From Acidimicrobiaceae bacterium (lineage in GTDB: Bacteria; Actinomycetota; Acidimicrobiia; Acidimicrobiales; RAAP-2), in contig DAHUZJ010000021.1 of NCBI GenBank assembly GCA_027306585.1, forward strand, positions 3,564 through 67,563: DNA of 64,000 nucleotides, in the 5' to 3' direction. Within the stretch, counting starts at the first letter, position 1. The number at the start of each line of letters is the position of its first letter. Both the position numbers and the translations under genes were made by a program. The notes beneath the pieces were generated by a model that saw only the letters and a program-made list of their open reading frames with translations, made no database searches and was not told the origin of the DNA. This document shows, in pieces, positions 45,608-54,464 of this stretch.

Positions 45608-48600
45608 GCGTCCTCCGTTCGAGGTCGGGTGGGGGTCGGTGGCGCCACCTCCGCCGCGCCGAGCCGACGGCGCACCTCCTCGGCCACCGGTCCCGGGCGG
45701 GGGGCCGAGTGTGCGGGCGCTGTGGGATGGGCGGTGTCGATGCGGGTCCCGGTGGCGACCGTGACCCCGGCTCGCCGCCGGTAGTCCTCCAGGTAGCGCA
45801 CCAGGTCCGGGCCCCGCGGCCGACGGCCGGCGCGGACGTCGCACGTCGCCACCTTCGACTCCTGGATCAGCACGTTGGGGTCGAGCGAGATGCCGAAGAG
45901 GTCGTTCACCACGTCCCCCGTGACGAGCCCGGCCGGTCCCCAGTGGTACGGCATCCAGATCTGGTGGACCACCCGTTGCTGGACCCGCAGGGGCTTCATG
46001 CGGTCGGTGACGAGGACGCGGGCGTCGACGGCGGCGCGGCTCGTGACGACGTGGGCCCAGCCGAGGTGCTCGAGGCCGCGCTCCCGCGCCAGCTCGGGCG
46101 AGACCTCGACGGTGAGCGCCGGCTGGAGCTCGGCGAGGTAGGGGAGGTTCCGGCTCATGCCCCCCGCCGTGTGGTGCTCGGTGAGGCGGGCCGTCGTGAG
46201 CACGTAGGGGAACACGTCGGTGTGCGCTTCGGGTGGGGACGGGTTCGAGGGATTGTCCGGACGGCCGTAGACCATCCTGGTCGGGTTGCCCTGCTGGGCG
46301 TAGAAGGGGTTGGCGAACGGCGACTCGTGGGGTTCGTAGTGGGTGGGCAGGGGGCCGTCGTGCAGGCCCGCCGGGGCGAACAGCCATCCCTTGCCGTCCG
46401 CCTGCATGACGAACGGGTCGTCGCCGTGCAGCGCCGCCACCCCCACCGCCCCGTCGGGCGGGACGTAGTCCGGCTTCTTGGCCCGCTCGAAGTCGGGAAC
46501 GTCGTGACCGGTCCACTCTCCCTTGGCGGCGTCCCACCACACGCAGGCCTTGGCGTCGCTCCAGGGCCGCCCGCCGGGGTCGGCGGAGGCCCGGTTGTAG
46601 AGGATGCGCCGGTTGTACGGCCACGCCCAGGCCCACTCGAGCGAGAAGTCGCCGGGACGTGTGGTCCGGGGGCTGCGGCGGGCTGCCTGGTTGACCCCCC
46701 CGGCGAAGACCCCGCTGTAGATCCAGCAGCCGCACGAGGTGGTGCCGTCGGCTGCGAGGTCCAGGTAGCCGTCGACGAGCTCCCCCGTGGTGAGGTCGTG
46801 GCCGTTGATGCGGCGGAGCACGTCGGCGGCGTCCGGCTCGTCGCCCTGCACGGCGTAGTCCCACGCCAGGTCCTGGACGGGCCGGTCCCTGGGATCGGTG
46901 GAGCTCGCGAGCAGTTGCTGCACCCGCCGCCCCAAGTGGTAGAGGAACCACAGCTCGGAACGCTGGTCGCCGGACGGGTCGACCGCCTTCTCCCGCCACT
47001 GGAGCAGGCGCTGGGTGTTGGTGAAGGACCCGTCCTTCTCGGTGTGGGCGGCGGCGGGGAAGAAGAACACCTCGGTCCGGCACTCCTCGGGGACGATCTC
47101 CCCGGTGGCGATCTCGGGTGCGTTCTTCCAGAAGGTCGCGCTCTCGGTCATGGCCAGGTCTCGCACCACCAGCCAGTCGAGGTTGGCCAGTCCGAGCCGC
47201 TGGAGGCGGCCGTTGGCGGACCCGACCGCAGGGTTCTGGCCCAAGAGGAAGAAGCCGAAGACGCGGCCGTCGATCATGTCCATGGCCGAGCGGTACGTCC
47301 CGTGGTCGCCGTTGATCCGCGGCAGGTAGTCGAAGCAGTAGTCGTTCTCGCCCGTCGCGTGCTCGCCCCAGTACTCCTTGAGCAACGAGACCGTGTACGC
47401 ATCGGCGTTGCGCCAGAAGCCCTTCTGGTTGTGGGCGGCGATGGAGCCCAGGTAGGTGGCGAGGTCCTTCCCGCTCTCGGTGGACGGCATCGGGAGGTAG
47501 CCCGGGAGCAGGTTGAACAGCGTGGGGATGTCCGTCGACCCCTGGATGCTGGCGTGGCCGCGCATGGCCATGATCCCGCCGCCGGGCCGGCCGATGTTGC
47601 CCAGCAGGAGCTGGACGATCGTTGCCGTCCGGATGAACTGGGCACCGACGGTGTGCTGGGTCCAGCCCAGCGCGTAGACGACCGCCGAGGTCCTCTCGCG
47701 GCCCGACGCCTCGGTCCACCAGTCGCACAGCTGGAGGAATTGGTCCCTGGGCGTGCCGCACGTCTGCTCCACCATCTCGGGCGTGTAGCGGGCGTAGTGG
47801 CGCTTGAGGAGCTGGTAGACACAGCGCGGGTGCTGGAGGGTCGCATCGCGGGCGATGGTGCTGGTTGTCTCGACGGCGGGCCCCCCCGAGCCGTACTGGT
47901 GCCCCGACGCGTGCTCCTTGTGCGCCCGGTGATCGCCCCCGGGCCCCCCCCGTTCGTACTGCCACGAGGTGGTGTCGTAGGTGGCGGAGCTCGGGTCGTA
48001 GCCGCTGAACAGCCCGTCGAGGTCCTCGGTGTCGGCGAACCGCTCGTCGACGAGGAACGACGCGTTCGTGTAGGCGACGACGTAGTCGCGGAAGATCTTG
48101 TCGTTGGCGAGGATGTAGTTGACGACACCGCCGAGGAAGGCGATGTCGCTCCCCGCCCGGAGCGGGACGTGCATGTCGGCGAGGGCGCTGGTGCGGGTGA
48201 AGCGGGGGTCGACGTGGACCACCTTGGCGCCCCGGGCCTTCGCTTCGACCACCCACTGGAAGCCCACCGGGTGCGCCTCGGCCATGTTCGACCCCATGAT
48301 GACGATGCACTGGGCGTTCGCCAGGTCCTGCTGGAAGTTGGTTGCGCCCCCCCGGCCGAACGACGCCCCCAGACCGGGGACGGTGGCCGAGTGTCATATG
48401 CGGGCCTGGTTCTCGATCTGGATGGCACCGAGCGCGGTGAACAGCTTCTTGATCAGGTAGTTCTCCTCGTTGTCGAGGGTGGCCCCGCCCAGGCTGGCGA
48501 AGCCCATGGTGCGGCGGAGGGTGTTGCCCTGCTCGTCGACGTCCTGCCAGCCCCGGTCGCGGGCGTCGAGCACCCGCTCCGCCACCAGGTCCATGGCCTG

Positions 48601-48957
48601 CTCGAGGTCGAGCTCCCGCCACTCGGTGGCATAGGGGGCCCGGTAGAGCACCCGTTGCTCGCGCTGAGGTCCGGTGACCAGCTGCTTGCTGGCTGAGCCC
48701 TTGGGGCACAGCCGCCCGCGAGAGATCGGACTGTCCGGGTCGCCCTCGATCTGGATGACGTTCCCGTCCTTCACGTACACGAGCTGGCCGCAGCCCACCG
48801 CGCAGTAGGGGCAGACCGACCGGGCGACGCGATCGGCCGAGCGCGTGCGGGGCGCCAGCTCGACGCTCTGGCGGGACGCCACGGCGGCGCCCCGTCCCCA
48901 GGGGTCGCCGCCCATGAGCTGCCGGACCACCGGCCACGACTGGATCAGGCGTCGCAT
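45604..48957 (-). CDS. fdhA: formate dehydrogenase catalytic (alpha) subunit, selenocysteine-containing (in-frame TGA at 48394-48396)
   Basis: Track ORFs 48394..49086 and 45604..48297 are in the same frame. Together they read ...CPYCAVGCG...IENQARI-U-HSATVPGLGASFGRGGATN...IMGSNMAEAHPVGF, colinear with FdnG/FdhF around the Sec residue. A GGAGGAG RBS precedes GTG 48960 / ATG 48957. Confidence 0.85.
48352..48393 (-). promoter_or_regulatory. candidate bacterial SECIS element immediately 3' of the UGA
   Basis: The mRNA reads UGA CAC UCG GCC ACC GUC CCC GGU CUG GGG GCG UCG UUC GGC. The GUCCCC/GGGGGC stem (48381-48365) closes a GGUCU loop. The GGU CUG codons sit at the same offset from UGA as in E. 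coli fdhF, and an outer GGCC/GGCC pairing is possible. Confidence 0.6.
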
Positions 48958-49092
48958 CACTCGGCTCCTCCGTCCGCGTGTGCCCACCGCGTCGTGCGGC
49001 GGGCTGCTCCACTTATGCCCGCTACCGCCCGCCGCTACCGCCCGCCGCTGCCCCCCTCGCCGGGCTCGGGCCGACACGCACCCCACCGCCCC

Positions 49093-49695
49093 TCAGCTCT
49101 TTCGGCGGGGGCCCTTGCCCTTCTTGCGCCCGCTGCCCTCGCGGCCGAGTGGGGTCTCCGGCCCGCCGTGCGCCGCCCGCCCGCCCGCACCGTGCGGGAC
49201 CTCCGGGTCCGGGACCTCACCGCCAAGGGCGGTGGCGACCGCTCCCGGGCGCCCGGCGCCGGCCCCAACCGAGGCCCCGGCGCCGGCCGACAGCAGGGCC
49301 CGCACCGAACGGTGGGAGAGGAGCGAGCAGAGCGAGCCCGAGGACGCAGCCGAGAGGATCGAGACGAGCGAGCCCAGTGACCCCACCGACAAGGTCGAGC
49401 CGACCGACCCGATGGAGAGGATCGAGCCCACGGAGCCGATCGACAGGATCGAGCCCACGGAGCCGATCGACAGGATGGACCGTTCGCCGTGCCGCCAGCC
49501 TCCCCGGTGGGAGCCCGGCCCGTGGGTCTCGACGTGACGGTGGCCATGACGGTGGCCGTGCCGGGGGGCACGCCCGTGGGTCTCGACGTGCCGGTGGCCG
49601 TGCGGGTTGTGCCCCGGCGCGGGGACCTGCCGGCGCCCGGAGCTCCCACCATGCCGGGGGGCAGTTCGATGCCCGTGGACCCGGTGCTGTCGCAT
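49093..49695 (-). CDS. His-rich / nonapeptide-repeat protein of unknown function
   Basis: 200 aa. The N-terminus is rich in His and Arg with two HGHRHVETHG copies. It is followed by SILSIGSVG x3 and degenerate copies (STLSVGSLG, SLVSILSAA, SSGSLCSLL), an Ala/Gly region and the basic tail GRKKGKGPRRKS. Repeat copies differ only at synonymous sites in this frame. Confidence 0.55.
   Translation of the reverse strand: MRQHRVHGHRTAPRHGGSSGRRQVPAPGHNPHGHRHVETHGRAPRHGHRHGHRHVETHGPGSHRGGWRHGERSILSIGSVGSILSIGSVGSILSIGSVGSTLSVGSLGSLVSILSAASSGSLCSLLSHRSVRALLSAGAGASVGAGAGRPGAVATALGGEVPDPEVPHGAGGRAAHGGPETPLGREGSGRKKGKGPRRKS
49315..49479 (-). repeat. 27-bp in-frame tandem repeat array (about 6 units, 3 encoding identical SILSIGSVG)
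   Basis: Perfect 27-mers lie at 49418-49444 and 49445-49471, with flanking diverged units. A separate 28-bp direct repeat (49518-49545 and 49572-49599, one mismatch) encodes the HGHRHVETHG copies. Confidence 0.85.
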
Positions 49696-49773
49696 GCCGA
49701 GATGTCTAGTCCCCCCGTTCGGCCGATGTGGGAGCGACCGTTCGGCAGGGCGCCGCGCGGCGCCGCGACGCGG

Positions 49774-49801
49774 TTGACATCCAGGGGGAACGGCGCATAC
49801 T
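49774..49801 (+). promoter_or_regulatory. candidate sigma-70/SigA-type promoter of coxM
   Basis: Perfect -35 TTGACA (49774-49779), a 16-nt spacer and -10 CATACT (49796-49801). An RBS-like GAAGGGGG precedes ATG 49835. Confidence 0.4.
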
Positions 49802-49834
49802 GGCAAACGATTGCGTCGCCCGAAGGGGGCTCCC

Positions 49835-50713
49835 ATGCAAGTTCCTGCGCCGTTCGAGTACCGCCGTGCGACGAGCGTCGATGAGGCCCTCACCCTCCTC
49901 GGGGAGCTCGGCGGCACCACGCGGCTCGTGGCTGGGGGGCACAGCCTGCTCCCGATGATGAAGCTGCGGCTGGCCACCCTCGACCGCGTCGTGGACATCA
50001 ACGGCCTGCACGACGAGCTGGGCTACATCCGCGTCGGCCACGACGAGGTCCGGATCGGCGCGCTCACCCGCCACCGGGAGCTGCTCGAGTCCGAGGAGCT
50101 GGCGGCGGCGTTCCCGATCTTCCGGGACGCCGAGCGGGTGATCGCCGACCCGGTGGTGCGCAACCGCGGCACGATCGGTGGCTCGCTGTGCCAGGCCGAC
50201 CCTGCCGAGGACCTGTCGGCTGTGTGCACCGCCGTCCAGGCGAGCTGTGTCATCCGAGGTCCGGACGGTACCCGGACCGTCCCGATGGAGGAGTTCTACC
50301 GAGGACCCTTCGAGACGGCGGTGGGGGACGGGGAGATGCTGGTCGAAGTCCGGGTCCCGGTCCGGCCGAACGGGTCGAGCGCCTACGAGAAGGTGGAGCG
50401 CCGTGCCGGGGACTGGGCGATCGTGTCGAGCGGCGCGGCCGTGTGGCTCGAGGGCGACGTCGTCGCCGACGCCCGCGTGGGGCTCGCCGCTGTCGGGCCC
50501 AACACGACCGCCATCGAGGGGGTCGCCGACGTGCTGCGGGGCCACGAGCCCTCCGAGGACGCCTACGCCGCCGCCGGCGCCATCGCTGCCGAGCGCTGCA
50601 GCCCGGTCGCCGACCTCCGAGGCAGCGTCGAGTACAAGCGCCATCTGGCCGACGAGCTGACCCGCCGGTCCCTGCGCCGAGCCGTGGCCAGGGTCCGAGG
50701 AGAGGAGGGCTGA
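49835..50713 (+). CDS. coxM: CO dehydrogenase medium (FAD-binding) subunit
   Basis: MQVPAPFEY.., LVAGGHSLLPMMKLR, RNRGTIGGSL and GSVEYKRHL. It is first in the M-S-L order. Confidence 0.9.
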   Translation: MQVPAPFEYRRATSVDEALTLLGELGGTTRLVAGGHSLLPMMKLRLATLDRVVDINGLHDELGYIRVGHDEVRIGALTRHRELLESEELAAAFPIFRDAERVIADPVVRNRGTIGGSLCQADPAEDLSAVCTAVQASCVIRGPDGTRTVPMEEFYRGPFETAVGDGEMLVEVRVPVRPNGSSAYEKVERRAGDWAIVSSGAAVWLEGDVVADARVGLAAVGPNTTAIEGVADVLRGHEPSEDAYAAAGAIAAERCSPVADLRGSVEYKRHLADELTRRSLRRAVARVRGEEG

Positions 50714-50715
50714 CG

Positions 50716-51201
50716 ATGCACGTGTCGATGACGGTCAATGGCGAGCCGGTCGCCCGCGAGATAGAGGACCGGCTCCTGCTGGTGCACTTCCTGCGCGATC
50801 ACCTCGGGCTCACCGGGACGCACTGGGGTTGCGACACCTCCAACTGCGGGACCTGCGTGGTGTGGCTCGACGGGGAGCCGGTCAAGTCCTGTACGGTGCT
50901 GGCGGCGATGGCCGACGGCCACGAGGTGCGCACCGTCGAGGGCCTCGAGCGCGACGGGGAGCTCGATCCCGTGCAGCAGGGCTTCATGCAGTGCCACGGG
51001 CTCCAGTGCGGGTTCTGCACCCCCGGCATGATGATGACGGCCCGGGCGCTGCTCGACCGGAACCCGGCCCCTTCGGAGGAGGAGATCCGCGAGGCGATCT
51101 CCGGACAGATCTGCCGCTGCACTGGCTATGCCACCATCGTGCGGTCCGTGCAGTGGGCCGCCGCCTACGAGGCGAGCCAGGCCGTGGGGAGCTCCGCATG
51201 A
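50716..51201 (+). CDS. coxS: CO dehydrogenase small (2x[2Fe-2S]) subunit
   Basis: CDTSNCGTCVV, CHGLQCGFCTPG and CRCTGY. 161 aa. Confidence 0.95.
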   Translation: MHVSMTVNGEPVAREIEDRLLLVHFLRDHLGLTGTHWGCDTSNCGTCVVWLDGEPVKSCTVLAAMADGHEVRTVEGLERDGELDPVQQGFMQCHGLQCGFCTPGMMMTARALLDRNPAPSEEEIREAISGQICRCTGYATIVRSVQWAAAYEASQAVGSSA

Positions 51202-53591
51202 CGACGCTCGGAACCCGCCCGCTCGACAGCTTCGTCGACAACGACCAGAAGCCGGTCGGCTACGGCCGGATGCTGCGCAAGGAGGACCCGCGGTTCGTCC
51301 GCGGCCTCGGGCACTACTGCGACGACATCCAGCTGCCGGGGATGCTGCACATGGCGATCCTGCGTTCGCCGTACGCCCATGCCCGGATCGTCTCGATCGA
51401 CGCCAGCGCCGCTCTCGCCCACCCCAAGGTCAAGGCCGTGGTGACCGGCGCCGACCTGGCGGAGAAGGGCCTGGCGTGGATGCCGACCCTGTCCAACGAC
51501 GTCCAAGCCGTGCTCGCCACCGACAAGGTGCGCTTCCAGGGCCAGGAGGTCGCCATCGCCGTGGCCGAGGACCGCTACGCGGCCCGTGACGCCCTTGACC
51601 TGATCGACGTCGAGTACGAGCCGCTCGACCCGGTGGTCGACGCCCGCCGGGCCCTCGAGCCCGGCGCTCCGGTGATCCGTGACGATCTGGAAGGCAAGGC
51701 CGACAACCACTGCTTCGACTGGGAGACCGGCGACGAGGCGGCGACCCAGGCGGTCTTCGATGCCGCCGAGGTCGTGGTCAGCCAGGACATCGTCTACCCG
51801 CGGGTCCACCCGGCCCCGATGGAGACCTGCGGCTGCGTCGCCGACTACGAGCGGGTCAGCGGGAAGCTGACGTTGTGGACGACGTCCCAGGCGCCGCATG
51901 CCCACCGGACGCTGTATGCGCTCGTGGCGGGGTTGCCCGAGCACAAGATCCGGGTCGTCTCTCCGGACATCGGCGGCGGGTTCGGCAACAAGGTCCCGAT
52001 CTACCCCGGGTACGTCTGCGCCATCGTGGCGTCGCTCGTCCTCAACAAGCCCGTCAAGTGGATGGAGGACCGGTCGGAGAACCTCATCTCCACCGGCTTC
52101 GCCCGGGACTACCTCATGCGCGGGGAGATCGCCGCCACGCGTGACGGCAAGATCCTGGCCGTCCGCACCCACGTGCTGGCCGACCACGGTGCCTTCAACG
52201 GCACCGCGGCGCCCGTGAAGTACCCGGCGGGCTTCTTCGGCGTGTTCACCGGGAGCTACGACCTCGAGGCGGCGTACTGCAAGATGACGGCCGTCTACAC
52301 CAACAAGGCGCCGGGTGGCGTCGCCTACGCCTGCTCCTTCCGGATCACCGAAGCGGTGTACCTCGTGGAGCGCATCGTCGACTGCCTGGCCGACGAGCTC
52401 GGCATGGACCCCGCGGAGCTGCGGCTGCGCAACCTGATCCGGCCCGATCAGTTCCCCTACACCACCAAGACGGGGTGGGTCTACGACTCGGGCGAGTACG
52501 AGCGGGCACTTCGGCTCGCCATGGACATGGTGGGCTACGACGAGTTGCGCAAGGAGCAGGCGGAGCGGCGTGCCCGGGGCGAGATGATGGGCATCGGGAT
52601 CTCGTTCTTCACCGAGGCGGTGGGTGCCGGTCCGCGCAAGGACATGGACATCCTCGGCCTGGGCATGGCCGACGGCTGCGAGCTGACGGTGCACCCGACC
52701 GGCAAGGCCGTGGTGCGGCTCTCGGTCCAGACCCAGGGGCAGGGCCACGAGACGACGTTCGCCCAGATCGTGGCGGAGGAGCTCGGCATCCCGCCGGGCG
52801 ACATCGAGGTGGTCCACGGGGACACGGACCAGACCCCCTTCGGCCTCGGCACGTACGGGAGCCGGTCGACGCCCGTGTCGGGGGCCGCCGCCGCCATGGT
52901 CGCCCGCAAGGTGCGGGACAAGGCGCGGATCATCGCCTCGGGGATGCTCGAGGTGTCCGTGGCCGACCTCGAGTGGGAGAAGGGCGCGTTCGGGGTGAAG
53001 GGCGACCCGGGGAAGTCGGTGACGATCCAGGACATCGCCCTCCGCTCCTACGGCGCCGGGGACCTCCCCGAGGGGCTGGAGGGCGGCCTGCAGGCCGAGG
53101 TGTGCTACAACCCCGAGAACCTCACGTACCCGTTCGGGGCCTACGTCTGCGTGGTCGACGTCGACCGGGGGACGGGGCAGGTGAAGGTGCGGCGGTTCGT
53201 GGCGGTCGACGACTGCGGCACCCGGATCAACGAGATGATCATCGAGGGCCAGGTGCACGGCGGGCTCACCGACGGCGTGGGCATGGCGCTCATGGAGATG
53301 ATCGCCTTCGACGAGGAAGGCAACTGCCTCAGCGCCTCGCTCATGGACTACCTGATCCCGACGGCGCTGGAGGTACCGGACTGGCAGACCGGCCACACGG
53401 TCACGCCCTCGCCGCACCACCCGATCGGCGCCAAGGGCATCGGCGAGTCGGCGACGGTCGGGTCGCCGCCGGCGATCGTGAACGCCGTGGTCGATGCCCT
53501 GTCGCCGATGGGCGTGCGGCACGCCGACATGCCCCTGACGCCGGCACGGGTGTGGGACGCGATGCAGGGACATCCGACCCCGCCGGTGTGA
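51198..53591 (+). CDS. coxL: form I CO dehydrogenase large (Mo-Cu) subunit
   Basis: 797 aa. GGVAYACSFRITE matches the form I active-site signature AYxCSFR, and the M-S-L gene order is typical of form I. It overlaps coxS by ATGA. Confidence 0.85.
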   Translation: MTTLGTRPLDSFVDNDQKPVGYGRMLRKEDPRFVRGLGHYCDDIQLPGMLHMAILRSPYAHARIVSIDASAALAHPKVKAVVTGADLAEKGLAWMPTLSNDVQAVLATDKVRFQGQEVAIAVAEDRYAARDALDLIDVEYEPLDPVVDARRALEPGAPVIRDDLEGKADNHCFDWETGDEAATQAVFDAAEVVVSQDIVYPRVHPAPMETCGCVADYERVSGKLTLWTTSQAPHAHRTLYALVAGLPEHKIRVVSPDIGGGFGNKVPIYPGYVCAIVASLVLNKPVKWMEDRSENLISTGFARDYLMRGEIAATRDGKILAVRTHVLADHGAFNGTAAPVKYPAGFFGVFTGSYDLEAAYCKMTAVYTNKAPGGVAYACSFRITEAVYLVERIVDCLADELGMDPAELRLRNLIRPDQFPYTTKTGWVYDSGEYERALRLAMDMVGYDELRKEQAERRARGEMMGIGISFFTEAVGAGPRKDMDILGLGMADGCELTVHPTGKAVVRLSVQTQGQGHETTFAQIVAEELGIPPGDIEVVHGDTDQTPFGLGTYGSRSTPVSGAAAAMVARKVRDKARIIASGMLEVSVADLEWEKGAFGVKGDPGKSVTIQDIALRSYGAGDLPEGLEGGLQAEVCYNPENLTYPFGAYVCVVDVDRGTGQVKVRRFVAVDDCGTRINEMIIEGQVHGGLTDGVGMALMEMIAFDEEGNCLSASLMDYLIPTALEVPDWQTGHTVTPSPHHPIGAKGIGESATVGSPPAIVNAVVDALSPMGVRHADMPLTPARVWDAMQGHPTPPV

Positions 53592-54460
53592 TGGCCGAGA
53601 CCGGACCGGCGGCCGACGCCCCGTTCGTACGGGCCACGGTGGTGCGGGCCCAACCGCCGACGCCGGCGCACGCCGGCGACACCGCGGTGGTGCGGGCAGA
53701 CGGCACCATCGAGGGCTTCGTCGGTGGCCAGTGCGCCGAGGAGTCGGTGCGGGCGGCAGCCCTCGACGTGCTGGCGAGCGAGGAGCCACTGCTGTTGCGG
53801 ATCCTTCCCGACGGAGCGGCCGGCTTCCCCGAGACCGACGGGGCCCGGGTCGCCGTGAACCCTTGCCTGTCGGGGGGCGCACTGGAGATCTTCCTCGAGC
53901 CCTCGCTCCCGCCTCGCCGCGTCGTGGTGGTCGGGGAGACGCCCCTGGCCCGGGCCGTCGAGGGGCTGGTGCCCCAGCTCGGCTTCACGGTCGAGACGGT
54001 GCCGGTCCTGACCGCGGAGCGAGCGGCCGGCGCCATGGCCGTCGTGGTCGCGAGCTGCGGCCACCACGAGCCCGAGTCCCTGCGAGCGGCGTTCGACGCC
54101 GGCGTCGCGTTCGTCGGCCTCGTGGCGAGCCCCCGCCGGGGCGGCGCCGTGCTCGACGCCATGGACCTCTCACCCGAGGAGCGGGGTCGCGTGCACAGCC
54201 CGGTCGGCATCGACATCGGCGCCCGCACGCCCCCGGAGGTGGCGGTGTCCATCGGAGCCGAGCTCGTCCGGGCGGTCCGCGAGGAGGGACTCGTGGCAGC
54301 GCCGGGCGGCGTCGCAGCGGTGGCCACAGCACCGGCCCGGGCCGTCGACCCCGTGTGTGGCATGACCGTCGTGGTCCGAGCCGACACGCCCCACCGGACC
54401 GTCGGCGGAGCGCACGTGTGGTTCTGCAGCACCGCGTGCCGGGACGGCTACGCGGCCTGA
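53591..54460 (+). CDS. XdhC/CoxF/CoxI-family maturation protein fused to a C-terminal YHS (TRASH-like) metal-binding domain
   Basis: N-terminus ATVVRAQPPTPAHAGDTAVVRADGTIEGFVGGQCAEE. A Rossmann-like VVVVGETPLA follows. The C-terminus DPVCGMTV...HVWFCSTAC is the YHS pattern. Confidence 0.75.
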   Translation: MAETGPAADAPFVRATVVRAQPPTPAHAGDTAVVRADGTIEGFVGGQCAEESVRAAALDVLASEEPLLLRILPDGAAGFPETDGARVAVNPCLSGGALEIFLEPSLPPRRVVVVGETPLARAVEGLVPQLGFTVETVPVLTAERAAGAMAVVVASCGHHEPESLRAAFDAGVAFVGLVASPRRGGAVLDAMDLSPEERGRVHSPVGIDIGARTPPEVAVSIGAELVRAVREEGLVAAPGGVAAVATAPARAVDPVCGMTVVVRADTPHRTVGGAHVWFCSTACRDGYAA

Positions 54461-54464
54461 CCGG

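Noticed and set aside
48394-48396. TGA splitting fdhA, read as a pseudogene or two separate genes
   Set aside because: Both halves are in the same frame. The flanking sequence matches the conserved Sec site of formate dehydrogenases, and a SECIS-like hairpin follows. Recoding as selenocysteine is more parsimonious, though the Sec machinery cannot be checked in this window.
44594-49012. 1472-aa minus-strand ORF that seems to span the whole fdh region
   Set aside because: Only its last 337 codons (fdhB, from ATG 45607 with a GGAGGA RBS) are credible. The upstream part is an alternative frame of fdhA with junk composition.
49315-49479. Tandem 27-bp repeats (and the 30-bp repeats at 13119-13193) as a CRISPR array
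   Set aside because: The repeats are directly adjacent with no spacers, are in frame within ORFs, and have multiple-of-3 periodicity. These are coding tandem repeats.
48845-49537. Plus-strand reading of the 27-bp repeats (ERIEPTEPID repeats)
   Set aside because: It has no sensible start after the fdhA 5' end. Differences between repeat copies are non-synonymous in this frame but fully synonymous in the minus frame. The ORF also overlaps the real fdhA start.
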